64,000 nt of DNA from the human T2T-CHM13v2.0 reference genome, Homo sapiens (GCA_009914755.4 CP068257.2:23392001-23456000), one strand, 5' to 3'; positions 15,299 through 33,033 are shown, counted from the first letter of the stretch. The notes: a model not told the origin generated them from the sequence alone. Numbers and translations: made by a program.

Positions 15299-17692
15299 TA
15301 AACCCAATGAAACTAATAGACATATAGAGAACATTCCACCCAACAGCAACAGAATATACATTCTTCCAACGTGCACATGGAAAATTTTCCAGGATACATC
15401 AAATGATAGGTCACAAAAACAACCCTTAGCAAATTTAAGAACATTGAAATCTTACTAAGTACCTTTTCTGACTACAATAGAATTAAACTACAAATAAATA
15501 TCAGAAGAAAAGCCAGAAAAGTCACAAATATTTGGGAAATTTAAAAACACACTTTTGAGTAACCAATTGGTAAAAGAAAATCAAAAGTGCTATTAGAAAC
15601 TATTTTCAGCAAACAAAAATATAAACACAACATAGCAAAACTTATGGTACACAACAAAAGCAGTACTGGGAGAACATTTTATAGCAATAAATGTGTACAA
15701 TAATACAGAATAAAGACCTCAATAAACAACCTAACTTTCCATCTCAACAAACTAGAAATAGAAGAACAAGCTAAGCTCAAAAGTAGCAGAAGAAAGTAAA
15801 TAATAAATGTTAGAGGAGCAATAAGCGAAATAGAGACTAGGAAAAAATAGAAAAAAATAGTGAAACTAAAAATTGTAATTTTAAAAAGATCCAAAAATTG
15901 ACAAACCATTAGCTAAACTAAGAAAAAAGAGAGAATGCTCAGATAAATAAGATCAGAAATGAAAGAGGAACCATTATAAATGATGCCAAAGAAATACAAA
16001 GGGTAAGAAAAGACTTAATGAATAATTATACACCAACAAACCAGATAATCTAGAGAAAATAGATAATCCCTATAAATATACAACTTATCACAACTGAACC
16101 ATGAAAAAAACAGAATATCTGAAAAGGCCTATAACTATAACAAAATTCAATCTGTAAGTACAACCTCTCACAAAGAAAAGCCCGGGAAGAGATGGCTGCA
16201 ATGTAGAAATCTACAAAGCATTTAAAGACTTAATGTCAATCATTTTCAATTTCTTCAAAAAAGATTCAAGAGAAAACATTTACAAATTTATTTTATGAGT
16301 CCAGCATTACTTTGATTCTAAAGTCAGACAAAGACACTTCAAGGAAAGAAAGCTACAGGCAAATATGCCTGATGAATGTAGATGCACAAACCCTCAACAA
16401 AATACTAGCAAACTTAATTTAACAGCACATTGAAACAATCATACACAATGACCAAGTGATATTTATCTCTGGGATCCAAGGATGGATCAATATACACAAA
16501 TCAATAATGTGATTTACTACATTAACAGACTGAGGAATAAAAATCATATCCTTTAGTCAATAGATGCAGAAAAAGAATTTGACAAAATTCAACAATCACT
16601 CATGGTGAAAACCAAATCAGATATAGAAGGAACGTGCCTTAACTTCATAAAGGCCCATATCTGACAAGCCCACAGTTAACATCATACTCAGTGATAAAAA
16701 AACAAAAACTTTTCCTGTAAGATCAAGAGCAAGACAAGGATGCCCAGTCTCGCCACTTTTATTCAACATAGTACAGGAAGTCCTGGTTGGAATAATTAGG
16801 CAAGAAAAAGAAACAACAGACACCCAAATCAGGAAGAAACAAGCAAAATTATCTCTGTTTACAGATGACAGGAATTCATATGTAGAAAACCATAAAGAAT
16901 TTCCCCCAAAAAACCCTATTAGAACTAATAAGCAAATTCAGTAAAATTGCAGAATACAAAATCCACATATGAAATAATCAGTTGCATTTCTATACACTAA
17001 TAATGAACTATCCAAAAGAAAATTTTTTAAAAAATCTCATTTACAATGGAATCAAAAAGAAAAAGATAGGAATTAACTTATCTAGGGAGATAAAAGACAT
17101 ACATTGGAAAATAAACATTGATGAAAGAAATTAAAGAAGACACAAATAAATTGAAAGCCATCTTGTGTTTATGGATTACAAGAATTAATATTGTTTGAAT
17201 GTTCATACTACACAAAGGAATCTACAGATTCAATGAAATTCTTACCAAAATCCCAATGGCATTTTTTACAGATATGGAAAAATCAATTCTAAATTTATTT
17301 GGAATGACAAAAGACCTCAAGCAGTCAAAACAATCTTGAGAAAGTAGAAGAAAACTGAAGGCAACACACTTCCAAATTTCAAAATGTGTTACAAAACTAT
17401 GATAATTAAAATAGTATTGTGCTGGCATAAAGACAGACATACATTCAAGTGGAATAGAATAGAAAAACTAATGCATTTTTAAAAATTAATTGATTATGGA
17501 CAATAGTGCCAAGAATACACAATAGAGAAAATATAGTCTCCTCAACAAATGGTTTTGGAATAACTGGATATCTACTTGCAAAGAATGAAATTAGACCCTT
17601 ATCTTACTCCATACACAAAATCAACTCAAAATGGACTGAAGACCTAAAGATAAGACCTGAAACTATAGAACTCCTAAAAGAAAAGCATAAGG

Positions 17693-18048
<356 letters not shown>

Positions 18049-19336
18049 CTATGACACCAAAAGCATAGGCAACGAAAGCAAAAACAAACAATGGAACTAC
18101 ATCAAGCTAAAACATTTCTCCATAGCAAAGAAAACAATTAGCAGAGTGAAGAAACAACCTATGGAATAGGAGAATTTGCAAGCCATGCATATGAAAAGTG
18201 GTATATCCAAAATATATAAGAAATTCATTCAACTTCATAGCAATAAAACAAATAACCCAACTGAAAAATGAGGGAAGGACATGAATAGATCTCTCTCCAA
18301 AGAACATATACAAAGACCAACAGGTGTGTGGAAAGGTGCTAATATCACAAATTATCAGTGAAATGCAAATCCAAATTGCGATGATATATCACCTCACACC
18401 TATCAGAATGACTATTATCAAGAAAAAAAACACAAGACAATAAGGGTTGATGAAGATGTGGAGAAATTGGAATCTTTTTACACTCTTGGTAGAAGTGTGA
18501 AACGTTACTATGAAAACAGAATGGAGTTTCCTAAAAGAATGTATTAGAATTGAATTACCATATGATCCATCAATCTCACTGTAGGGATTGTATATCCCAA
18601 ATTGATATCCAGAAGAATTGTAATTAGGATATCAAAGAGATACTTGTACCCCGATGTTTGTTCCATTTACAATAGCCAAGATGTGGAAACAACCTAAATG
18701 TCCATCAAAGGATAAATGGATAAAGAAATGTGGTATATACACACAATGGAATATTATTCAACCTTACAAAAGGAAGAAATGCTGCAATATGCAACAACGT
18801 TGAAGCTAAGTGAAATAAGTCTGTCACAAGAAGATCAATACTGCATGATTCCAATTCTATAAGGTATCTAAAATAGCAAAACATAGAAGCAGAGAATAGA
18901 ATAGAATGGTGGTTGCCAGGGTCAGGGGATAGGGACAAATGGGAAACTGCTATTCGATGGGTATTAAGTTTCAGTTATGCAAAATGACTGAGTTCTTCAA
19001 ATCTGCTGTATAACATTGTGCCTGTGGTAACAATACTGTGTTCTACACTTAAGATTTTGTTGAGAGTAGGTCTTGTTTTAAGTGTTCCCAAGCATAATTT
19101 TAAAAGAAAGAAAGATGGCATCCATCAATCTCCAAAGTCTATCCTTCCACTTAGTGATCTAAAAGAAAGATGGATTGTATTCGCCACGATTGAAGCAGAA
19201 AAGTGTACAGGAAGATTTTAGTTAGCCTAACTGGATCCTTGTGCCCAATCTCTAAGCAATCATTTTTTCCATAGAGATACAATGTTATATGGGACAAGCC
19301 TAGGCCTCAACCCAATCTTGCTGCCAAGAAAAGTGA

Positions 19337-19739
<403 letters not shown>

Positions 19740-22280
19740 GCCTCCACTATTTATTAGACTTCAGTTGGAATTGCCAGAAATAACTAAATAAATGCCAATG
19801 TGTGCAACCAACACCATTAGAATTAGAAAAAGAAAATGAAAAAATTGGATTGGATAGAGAAAATTTTCATTTATTTTTACAGTCAGATGAGTATGAAGCA
19901 CTGAAAATCCAGAGGCACAAGTAAGAAGTAAAAAGAAAATTCAGGAGTTCAGAAAGGTACAAGAAGGCTGTTCAGTGTTGCCTATGTTGAAATACTGTCT
20001 CCAATTTTGGCAACAAGTAAAATGCTGATGGTTTTTATGAAATATCTTTATTAATTTTGTAGCCATAAACTTCATCTTTTCATAATTAAATCTAGTATTC
20101 CCACCCCTGTGGTCATACATCTCCTGGGAAACTAGTATATTCCTCAACAAATTCCAATCCTATATTAAGAAAAGTAAAAAGCAAAGAAGGAAAATAAAGA
20201 TATGCATATGTAACTATCTCAAATTTCATCTTCTGGCTGTCCTCTTTCCTAAGCATCTTCTAAAGTGTTATGGATTTAATGTCTCTTTTTAAGAGGTCTT
20301 TAAAACAGAATGAAACTTTAAAGCTCAATTTTGTGCCTTCTTGAAGCATAAAAATAATAAGCAGTTTTGCAAAAACACAGACTATGCTAGTTTTTATTTT
20401 TCTCTAAAGCATGTGGTAGAAAGAACCAACTTTCTTTGGAAATAAATGTTATATTTTGTTCCTTCATTTGTCAGCATGGTTTAGTGATTGTTTCGTTCAG
20501 GTTGTATGGGAAATCTCAAGGTGAGTTATCTCCAATCAAAGAAGTTGAAGTGACCTAAGCAAGAAAGCACATTTTGTGCCTTACAGTATACTCACTTGTC
20601 TCTTTAGGGAACTAACTACTCATTTCCTTGTGTTCTCAAAACGTGGCCATTTAAAGAAACTTAATTATAATAATTTTGTAAACATTTCCTTCCTCATGTA
20701 CTCATTAACTTAGATGGAATTGAAACTTTTTATAGATACCACTATGACTAGAGTCACACATATTACACATAAGTAATTACAAAGTTAAAGTTAGAACAAA
20801 AATAATATATTTATGACCACTTCATTTGCTGGTTAATTAGTGGAATTTGGAATCAGGTCAGGCTACAGAGCAATGGTGTACTAGCTAAATTTTTTAAAAA
20901 TAGTGTTTGAATTTCTTCAGATTCTAGAATTTTTTTATTTGTTTTAAGAGTGTTTAATGTGCAGGAACTATCTCATGTATTCCAGTCACTATTGCTTCAA
21001 AGAAAAAGAAAAGTATCTGCATTGATGGTCAAAACCAAAATTTTAAAAATAGAAGAAAAAATATATAAAATTGCTTGAGTGAGGGTACAATAGAATTAAT
21101 AGATTAATGAATGAACTAAAAACTACATTAATATATTAATATGTAAAATGAATCTATCTGTTAGCCCATTGTTAAAAAATGATTTTCTTCCTTTCGATTC
21201 TCTTCTTCCAGATTCTTTGTCTTTTTCTATGGACCAATTGTCATCTTTCCTAACAGAAGACTACGCATCCCTGTGATACCTCTCAGATGACAACAAAGTT
21301 CTGTAAGGTTTCTTGTGTGGAAATGACAGGACACATCCTCAAATCCTGCCAGCATTTGTTTAGTAAGAGTGCTGGATCATTTGAGGGTTACTTTTAAATT
21401 TCCTGAGCCAATGGTCCTCCTAAGCCAACTATTCATTCTGTGTAATGGCTGATGAAATTAACAAGGGACAAACCAAATCCCAATTGCCTATAGAGCGGTA
21501 CATCAAAGATATGCATATCCAAAACATAGATAAAATCATATATACTATCTTGTAGTGTGGTTTTTGTCTGGAGATGTTTTCATTTTTTACTCTTTCTAGA
21601 CCAATAAGCCACACAGAATGATTTACATTAGTGTTGATGGGCCAGATGGTTTTGAACAACATTGATACCATTTAATAGGCATAAGATATACTTTAGGTTT
21701 TATTTAATGTTTATGTCATCTTTATGTAACTATATTAGGGTAAATAAATGATAAATGCTTACAATTTTCAAGTAAATAGTAAAATAGTCAATAGTTCTTG
21801 GATATGCAATTGCAGTATTCCACAGTCAACAGAATCAGTATTAAAACCAGCTTAACTTCTATGACAAGCAAATATAAGTACCCTAGAAATATGTTGGCTT
21901 TCATAATGAAGCTATATTAATATACAACATTGAATGTATATTCTACAAATTGAAATTTTTAAAGAAATAAGCTGGCTGCATTTATAGATCTCCTAGGAGA
22001 CTTCCACTCCATGTGACCTTAGAGATCATCATTTTTATCATTTTACAGTGTAGCTTACCATCACATTTTAAAGCTCATTTACCATCACATTTAATTTAAT
22101 AAGAATAGTGTCTTTAAGTTGGATTTAATTATCCCAATGTTTCAAGTGATAAAATTGGGGATCTGAATTTTAAATAATTTGTTTCAGGACACAAAGATAC
22201 AAAGTGGCATGAGCCATGATTTAAACACAAGTGTGTTGTAGGAGACTGCATCGCACAAGGCGCTAAAGTGACCTGCATAA

Positions 22281-22601
<321 letters not shown>

Positions 22602-23655
22602 TAATTTTTTAGGCATTCACTCCACAAAGGGCTCACTGGCATTTTTCACAACACTGATTTGTTTTCTTGCAAAGATGTAGACATTCCTTTCTGCCACACA
22701 TCTATGGTCTACAATAAGAACCCAGTGTTTCTCCAGCATGGATAGAGTGAGGCTTGTAATTTCCTCTGTGAAGCAACTTAGCTGATGTGGAGGAATGGTT
22801 CTCAGCATACACTTGATTATTTTTCTTCATTTTCAAAGTCAAGCATATCTTTTGCAAAATGCTGCAGGCTTTTTGTTTGTTTGTTTGTTGTTTGTTTTGC
22901 TTTTTACTCTTGCCACAACACAAATGTTTTACTCCTTTTCTAACACAAATTTTCATTACCTACATCCAATGTACTGAAAGGCTTAAAAATGAAACACTGT
23001 CTAAGCCTTTGAGATATAAAATTGAATTAGATTTACACTACACAAAGCTGTCTCTCTATAGTCCACATAATCTCTCCCATCTCAAAAATTACATTGCTAA
23101 TATATATGAACTGAAAGAGAAGCCAATTCAGGAAGGAGCTGATTCAAGAAGTGCAAAGAGATAATCCCATTACAATGAGTTTTCAACTCAATTAAATAAG
23201 GCTCAAGAGACTGGGCAAATTATTGGGGCTATTCATATCATTTCATTAGAGCAAAATTTCACTGTAATGAAAAGAGAAGTTATTAGCTAGACCTTGAAAA
23301 GGCAATTCAAGATTATTTTTCTAATGTGATTTGACTTGTTTATAAGTATTTCTTAAAGCTAGTTTTATCTGTCATAGCTTATTATAAGAGGTTTCATTAT
23401 TGTTTTTCAAGAAATGCCAAATTGCTAAATCTCAATGGGGAGCTTCATGTGTATATGTCTGAAGAGCAAAGACTACATGCATTTTTATTTGTATGTATGT
23501 TAATAAACACCATTTTCTGAAAAATTACAGTTCAATAGACTATTCATAAAACATCAAAATTTTATCTCAGTGAATAAAATACTAAGTATTCAAATTATTA
23601 TACTTTATTCCAAAATTTCAACTAACAAAGATTTTCTGTTTATTAGCATTCTTAC

Positions 23656-23995
23656 TGATATGTATCTATTCGAGATGAAATTTGGGAAGAGGGAGGGAGC
23701 TGGTCGGAGGTGATAGGATCATGGGGTTGGTTTCCCCATGCTTTTCTTGTGATAGTGCGTGAGTTCTCACAAGAGCCGATGGCTTAAAAGTGTGTCACTT
23801 CCAATCTCTCTCTCTCTTGTGCATGCATGCATGCACACGTTCTCTCCTGCAACCTTAGGAAGAAAGTTCTTGCTTTCCCTTCACCTTCCACCATGATTGT
23901 AAGTTTCCTAAGGCCTCCCAAGCCATGGAGAACTGTGAGTCAATTAAACATTGTTCCTTTATAAATTATCCCATCTTAGAAGACACCCTGTCATC
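23656..23995 (+). mobile_element. ERVL-MaLR LTR fragment (THE1/MST-like), sense orientation, internally deleted
   Basis: ctgatatg...gggaggtgataggatcatggggttggtttccccatgcttttcttgtgatagtgcgtgagttctcacaagagccgatggcttaaaag...ccaccatgattgtaagtttcctaaggcctcccaagccatggagaactgtgagtcaattaaacattgttcctttataaattatccca matches the THE1/MST LTR consensus (tgatatggtttggctgtg...gggaggtaattgaatcatgggggcgggtctttcccgtgctgttctcgtgatagtgaataagtctcacgagatctgatgg...ccatgtggaactgtgagtcaattaaacctctttcctttataaattaccca). Confidence 0.8.
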
Positions 23996-24806
23996 CCATG
24001 TGAATGGAATTTATGCTCCTCCTTCTCTGTAGGCTGGGTCTTTGATTTGTCTGGCTTCCTTGGATGCAAATCCAGGACAGTCTGCCATCAACCCTGACAT
24101 TGGGATGGACTATAAAACAGTCTCTCTCCACAATTAATTCCAGTGTTCCAACATCACAAACTGGAGAATGACTATAGTAGCCTGATATTTTTCCTCCTAT
24201 GTGTATTCATTCCCTACAAATATTGATATCTTCTAAATAAACCGTAAAATTCTTTATATATAGCACATATATGACCCTTAGAAGTGTTTATTACAAGAAC
24301 TTAGGTGGAAGAGTGTGTATCAGTTTGTGCTAGCTGTTCCCACGTAGCAGCTCTTTTGTAAGGCACAAGGTAAGTAGCTAGATTTGTGTAACAGAACAGA
24401 ACGCCCAGAAACAGACTCAAGTCCATTCCATGTTTGAATTACACATAACATCAAAAAATATTTTAATTAGGAAGAAAGTGAGAGATGATTCAACAAACAG
24501 TGGCAGTACACTTGGTTGACTCTTGTAGACAGAAAAGCACAGTTCAGAGAAGGTTCTGGCGTCATTCTCAGCACAATGTGAGTCCTAGCTTTGTAACCTA
24601 GTAACTCAGTGACTTTTGGAAGATCATTTTAACTTATTCTGTTTCAGTTAGCTTGTCTTTAAAAGGAAAATAAGCCTACCAGCTGAAGACATTGGGAGAG
24701 TTTAACAGTATCATAAATACATACTACTTAGGAAAGCACTTGACCATAGTATAAATAAATGCCTAATAAATGTTAAATCTCATAATAATTAGAAATATTA
24801 AATCAT

Positions 24807-25115
<309 letters not shown>

Positions 25116-26565
25116 TCATTAACTCACTAGATGAATTGCAGTTAAATGTAAATGTATAAGGCAATAAAATAAAATAATGTTTTAGCCTAGGGTAAATATC
25201 TTTCTAAATATGGTATGAAAAGCTGGAAACTAGGGGAAAAAAGGGTAAAAAGTACCTTCTTAGTGTTTTTTAGATTATTTTTGACAAAATACACATAAAG
25301 GTCTTAGTAGATTATGTGCAGTGGGGTGTATTCAATAAGTATTAGCTTAAATATAATTTGTGGAAACTGGGAGGGACAAATAAGGGACATTGGAGATAAT
25401 AAGACAAATAAAACCAAATTGAAGTCTTTTACAACCTATTAAAGATAGTGTATCATATAGGGAACATATGGGGCTCTACAATTGAAGTACCAAATAACAA
25501 TATATGCACTGTGGTCCCAAATTGTAAATTTCTATATTTGTATGTGAATGTGTCTGTTTGCATGTGGGTGTGTGTATGCCCACAAGGAGGGACAGATCTA
25601 AGAATATATTTAAAATATTGTTAATAATTTTCTCTAGTAGAATTACGGATATCTTTAATGACTTCTTTATATTTTAGAGTTTCTCTAATTTTCTACTGTG
25701 GATAAATATTATTTGCATAACGAGAAAAGTAATCTTAAGCTAAAATAGCAAATGTCTTTCGAAAAGCAATGAGAGAATATAATCCAGTTGAAGAAAACTG
25801 TTAAGGCATTTATTAAAGTTCAGATAAACTTGTCACATGGGGAACAATGTCTCAGATGTTATCCTATTTGCAGCCTAACAAGACAGCCTGTCATATTTTC
25901 ATAGATCCTGGCAGAAAGATGTGAAGTTTCTGGGTCAGTTTGTTACACACAGCTATAGCAGGATTCAGAGTAACATTTTGCCCTTATTTGCTGAGCCCCA
26001 ATTCCCACAGGGCAACATGATGAGGGTCAGGTGTTTCCTACTTACAGTGGGATGAATTACAGAACACTGATATTAGGAAGTCCATGATCTTATATAGATA
26101 CTGCCTTGCAAATTGGCCCAACCTCCTCTCCAGAGAGAGACATTACCTTTATGAACCTGGAATTTAAATCTGCTCCAGGGAGGAGAACATCCTCACCTTT
26201 CAAGACTATTTGCTTTTACAAGCATCTTGCAAAGAAAATCTAGAGAAAATTGGCTGATAATGGCTTTGTTCAGAAAATTAGACTTGCAGAAATGTGAGAG
26301 ATCACAAGAGAATTGTCTCCCAACAAAACCATCTCGCTAATTTGTAAAGACATGCAAAGTGAGTCTAGTTGAAGGTGTAAATCCAATATAGCACTTTATA
26401 TTTAGAAATTGCTATTTTGGACTGAAGCCTATTCAGTCTTTGATAGCGTATATTTTTCTGGTTAGCTTCCTTTTAGCCTACTTTTCCCCATAATTTACCT
26501 GTTCATGAGAAATACTACAAATGTTTGAGTTGATAGTCTGGTTTTAATACATATCTTTATTATGA

Positions 26566-27242
<677 letters not shown>

Positions 27243-28956
27243 TGAGGGGGTTTTTTTTGTTTTTTTTTTTTTGTTTTTTATGTAAAAGGAAACTATAGCA
27301 AACGACTATTTCTGGAAATCCATAGAAACAAAAAAGAGTTGCTGGCCAGATTTACTAAAGGTTCTATATGTCTTTATCAGCTTTCTTTATTTTACTGCTC
27401 ACTCTTGTCCACAGGCATTCATAAAGCTTTATCTAGACAAATTCACAAAGACAGCAACAATAATGATGCTGCCGTGGAAAAGGCCAAAGGTAAAGAAGAG
27501 GTAAGAAAAGCAAAGCTTTGATATATTATGCTAAGTGTAAAAGACTGGTTTCATTGTTGTTTTGCTCTTCATTTCAAAACTGCACACCCTACAATAATTT
27601 TAGGTGAAAAATCAATACGGATAAAAAACAAAACTACTTTTTTAAAACCTTTGTGCCTGTAATTTTTTATTATTCTTTCAAAAATAAATATATGCTTGAC
27701 CCCTGCCCACTGGAAGTCACGGAATTTCACCTTCATTGGTAATTTGTAGATACAAGAGTTAGCTGACTGCAGAGAGCATTTTCACCCTGATGTGACAGGG
27801 ATTTATAAATGTATTATGAAATATCAGCCACGGGTGATATTCACTAAGGAGGAACTATGAGCTATTCACTAAGGAGGAACTATAAGCTAATTTTTGTGAA
27901 TACAAACAGGTTTTCTTATAGTCAATTGGAGAGAAGGAAAAAAGTAGTGGCAATACTTCAGGAAAAGAACTGTGTATAACTTGAGCCAGAAGCTGATTTC
28001 AGAGGAAGTGAGTAGCAGAGCACAGCATGACACTCTGAAGGCTTAAATGCAAAGCATTCATCTGAGTTCCCGGAAGACCAGAAAGTCAACCTTCTTGACA
28101 TCAGCCTATCCTGGAAGCAGAGTGAGCAGAAAAAGGCCTAGGGTTGGTGTTTATATTAACAAAGTGACTCCTTCTTTCTCCAGGAACCATTAGCCATGCT
28201 AGTAGATAGTTAAAGGAGTGGGTTTGGGCAAGATTCTTACTTCCCACAAGCAACTATGCATGATACTAGATTTACTTGTTTCCTGTAACTTCAAGTTGAG
28301 AGTGTATATAAGGGAGGAGCATTAGAATGTCCAGATTGTATTTTTCTGAGATATTATGAATATAGCTATGAAAAAGTGTCTCCCAATCACCTATGTGTGT
28401 ATTAACAAAGCCATATTTTGAGGCACTAAAATAATAACAATTATAGAGTCACTAAAAGAATAATTCAATCCTCCTGCCTCTCTCTTTAGTGACAGATTTT
28501 CTTTCAATGTGTCTCTCCTTCTCCTATCCCTCAGTCTGCAATCAAGCTTCCTTCAGAAAACATTTTAAAGATTCATTTAATACGTCATGAAAAAAAATGA
28601 GTGGGTGTTTTCCTGTTCAAGAAAGACTAAAATTTCTGCATTTATAAACTTTAAGTGTCTTAATAGAAATTATAGAAACATAAGTAATTATCCAAACTTT
28701 ATTTATACATTGATTTTTTAAAGCAGACATGACCTTAAGATTCTGGCGGAAGTATGGCAAGATTTTATTTATTTATTGACATATGCACTTCAATGTCCAT
28801 TTTATTCCCTCTCTTCCCTTTGGTTCTCTTAGATATTTCTGTTCCCAGAATTCAGGTGCAGCCCCTGGTGACTAACTGGTAAATTCACTTCAAACATGGA
28901 GCAAATGAGGGAGAAACACCAAAATCACCGACCTCCTTTCAGAATTTCTTCTTGGC

Positions 28957-29133
<177 letters not shown>

Positions 29134-29745
29134 TAGGTTTCCTCTTTCTAGCCTGTTTGAACGTCTTCATACCTCTACATCAACCCACCACTGTAGAAAT
29201 TCCAAGTAGGAGTCATTTTTCTCTATTGTTTTTGCATTCATCTCAACGAATAGGCTATTTCTTTCTGGCTTAAATATTCTTTAATTCAGCCTCAAGGTTT
29301 TGCTAATTATATTCATCTAATCGAATAAATTTATTGAACAATAGCTGTGCATCTTTCATTACACCAGACATTGCATTCATTCTTCAAAATTATACCTCTC
29401 TCTGCATACCCTCCCCTAAAAATTATCTCTCTCTTGAAAACTATATATCCCTGGAAATAGTGTGCATATATGTAACATATATTTTACATACATAAAACAT
29501 ATGTCACATATATGTGCAAATTCTTGTTCAGAATTTCCAGCTCTCTATTGCACATCTTGCTTATCTCAAATTCAATGGCTCAAAACTAAACTTATCATTA
29601 TTCTATCAACCCAACTTCTCCCCATGACCCCATGACTTTTTATCTCTGTAATGGTACTGTCATCATTCCATAGACAAGGATTTGAAATTTTAAGTGTCTT
29701 GAATTTTTCTTTCTTTATTTCCATAGGCAGTCAGTTGCTGATTAA

Positions 29746-29746
<1 letters not shown>

Positions 29747-29776
<30 letters not shown>
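29747..29776. repeat. (CA)15 dinucleotide microsatellite
   Basis: cacacacacacacacacacacacacacaca read directly. Confidence 0.97.
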
Positions 29777-29777
<1 letters not shown>

Positions 29778-32700
29778 CTGCACACAGGCATATACATGCA
29801 CATGTGCATTTCAAATATTGTTTAAATCTGTCCTCTTCTTTCCATTCTGTGGTAAATATGTTACAAAAATGGTCCAAGTTCTTTATCCTTCCCTGCATCA
29901 TGTTTTTCTTCTTGTGGTTGTGAGGTCTCTGACTCAGGTTGGTCATGGGACTCGCTTTGTCCAGTGAGAAGTTAGCAGATTGGGACTTAAATGGTTTTTA
30001 AAAAGTACTTGTGATTTTCCACTTTGCTCTTGTCCTTGTGCCACTGGCATGAGAAGTGCCAAGTCTAGCCTGGGAGAGGATGTGAGGTTTGTGACTCCCC
30101 ATCAGGTTGCCCTAGTTATTGCAGTGAAGGCCATCCCAGAGCAGCATCAGCCAGGTGGTCACAAGACATGTGAGTGGTCCCAGCCAAGATCAAGGGAGCT
30201 GAAGAGTCACCTGGCTAGTCAGTTGATGAAAATAAACAGTTCGTATATCATTTTGTGATCATTTGTAACAACTAATAATCTATATACTTTCATTCTACCA
30301 TGACTTAATATAGGGCTTTACTATATTGACCTAGGCTATTACAGCATTCATATGCAAACTAACCTTTTACCGAACATTCTTCCTCTAATTCACCTTTCCC
30401 AATACTGGTGGTTCATTTTTCCTTTTAGATAATAAATAATAAGATATTCCTTCTTAAAATCCTAAACTAATACTCTCTTGCCTATCAAGTCAATCCAAAT
30501 TCCCTACCCTTGGCATTAAAGGCCTTTTGACACTACCTCTCAATGGATCATTATTTGTAGCATTTCTTCTATGCAGAACACACTTCCTCCTCCACCACCA
30601 TGTTTACAAATAACACCCACCCTTCACGGCAGAATTGAAATCCCACTTTCTTCTTGGTTAACCAGCCAAGAGTGATTTCTTTCTTTTCTGATCTAACTTT
30701 TTTCTTTATACATGCCTTACAGCATTGACCACATTCTGATTTATAAAATAATTGACACGGCACAAGTCTTATCTCACTTTATATCCTGATTTATACTTAA
30801 GGGCAGAGATCTGAGCCATCCTTTACTCTTCCTCAGCTACTCTTTCTGTATGTTCCTTTCTGTATCTTGTCATGACTACTACTGCACCCCCTCCATAACT
30901 TCAAGCTTCCCAGTCTCCAAGCACTAGCTCCTCTCTCCTCCCAGATCTCAACAATTCCTCCATCTCATCAGAACTTTCAATTCTATACTCCTATACCTTT
31001 TCAATGCCCAGTACCATCTTTTTATGACTCAATCAGGATGACATGATTCATTATACACTCTTGCATTTTACTCTCTGTTCCCTTGGACTTCTCCCTCTCT
31101 TTTAATCACCAGATAAAACTACAGTTCAGAGTAAATAAAATTATTTGCCTTTTCTACACTGGCACTTTTGCAGCTGCATGTGACTAAAGAAAATTATACA
31201 ACCATGTTGATTAATCTCACTTTAAGTTTATAACCAAAAACTTCAATCTCTCCTTTAGTGCTGCATGACAAACCATTATTTTCCTCTTGGCCAGTCATTT
31301 AATTTTAAGTAACAAAATCATAACATTCTCTCTTTTTCTAATCATCCCAACATTCTTTTTCTCTTCCTCATCATCAACTATTAGCCTTGTTTTTTATCTA
31401 CTGGGAAAACAGAGGCAATCATAAATGAATTTCCAAATACTTTTGCTTCCATTTCATCAATGTATTTTTATTTGCACCATATATTTTGTCAATGGATTAC
31501 ATTCCTATCTAAGGAAACACCCTTTCTATATCTATTCTATGGAACCCCTTCTCTCCTACTCAAGTCAATCCTGCAAGTAATCCTTATATTTTCTATATCA
31601 TTAATTTTTCCCATTCTACCAGATTAATGCTATCTGCATATAATGCTTCAATATTGCCCATCTTGAAAAGAAATGATTTTACTATGATTTTTTCAAGAGG
31701 CCTTCTTCAGTTCTTTGCTTCCCTATACAGATAAACTCCTCTGCTCTGCCCCTTTTTAAATTCTAATTTCTACCAGCAGTTTTTAAAAATCTCTCTGCCT
31801 TTATCTGAAAAAATGTGCATAATTGCAGCATTTAGCTCTAAGAAGTGCTGTGAGGAATAACTGAATTCATTCAAGAAAACTATTCACAGTATGGTTGGTA
31901 GGTACATAGATCAATTAATTAGATAATCTATAAATGACCTTTTTAAAATATAAAGGCAGATAATAATGTTATTATTATATATATAATAATGTTGTTAGAT
32001 AATGTTATTGTTATCTTTACTTCTCTTCTTACTGTCTCTGGAATCCACTCTCATTGATACGAATTTATTGTGTGGTTGTAAAGGAGGCACTGGGTCAAGA
32101 TCCAGTCAAAAAATACAGAAACCATGCTGGATGTTTCAAAAAGAAGGGATTTAATACGGGATATCAGTAAAATAGATGCTGGAAGGCTAGAGGCATAAGA
32201 GGAAAAGGTAAAGTAACTCAGAGATGAGAAACTTCAGATAATAGCTAGCATCTCTGGGTCTAGGAGAGCATAGAGAGGAAATGCTATTTATAGGAACTGC
32301 GGCCAGGGATAGAGCTGGTGCCTAAGAAGTTGAAGAGTTGGAAGAGGCACATTGCCCACAAACAAAGAAAGAGGGTTAGAACTAGAGATGAAGAACTTAT
32401 GGGTTGTCCTCTTATTTTGGTTTCTAATCTCCCACTAGTTCCACCAATTTAGAAAACCCCAAAAAGAGCCAACTATGAAAGCATCCTGGAAATTGTTTGC
32501 ACAGCCATAATTCCAGAATTATTTGCCAGGGCACAGAATGGTATGTTTGGAGCTAAAAGACATTTGGTAAATTTCTGGCAAGGAACATTTTTATAATTAG
32601 TGACTACACTAAGAAATATAACTTTGGCATAATCCTAAAGAAGTTAGCAATAAAATATCAGGAAAAAAATTACTCAGGATAACTTCATGGCAAAAGATCT

Positions 32701-32990
32701 GAAGGTGCTTCATTTATTTTATTCATTCATCCATTTGTGGAACAATGTTACAGTGGAATATTCTGCTTGGAAAACAATGCTATGTCTGGTTGTATGAGAA
32801 TGGAAATAAGTAGTATCACAAGCACCATAGAAAAAAGGAGAGAAAAGATCTTCAGAGATGATGAAAGTTGTTTTGTTCACACATTGTCAAAACAATAATT
32901 GTCTCCTAGGTGAAAGAGAACATGTTTCCATTTCTAGGTAATTGTCAACTTTTTCTTTCTCAAGCTGTGTGTTGTAACTTTATAGGTAGA

Positions 32991-33033
32991 AGTGTGTGTG
33001 TGTGTGTACGTGTGTGTATGTGCACGTGTGTGC
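32991..33033. repeat. Imperfect (GT)n microsatellite
   Basis: gtgtgtgtgtgtgtgtacgtgtgtgtatgtgcacgtgtgtgc. Confidence 0.9.
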
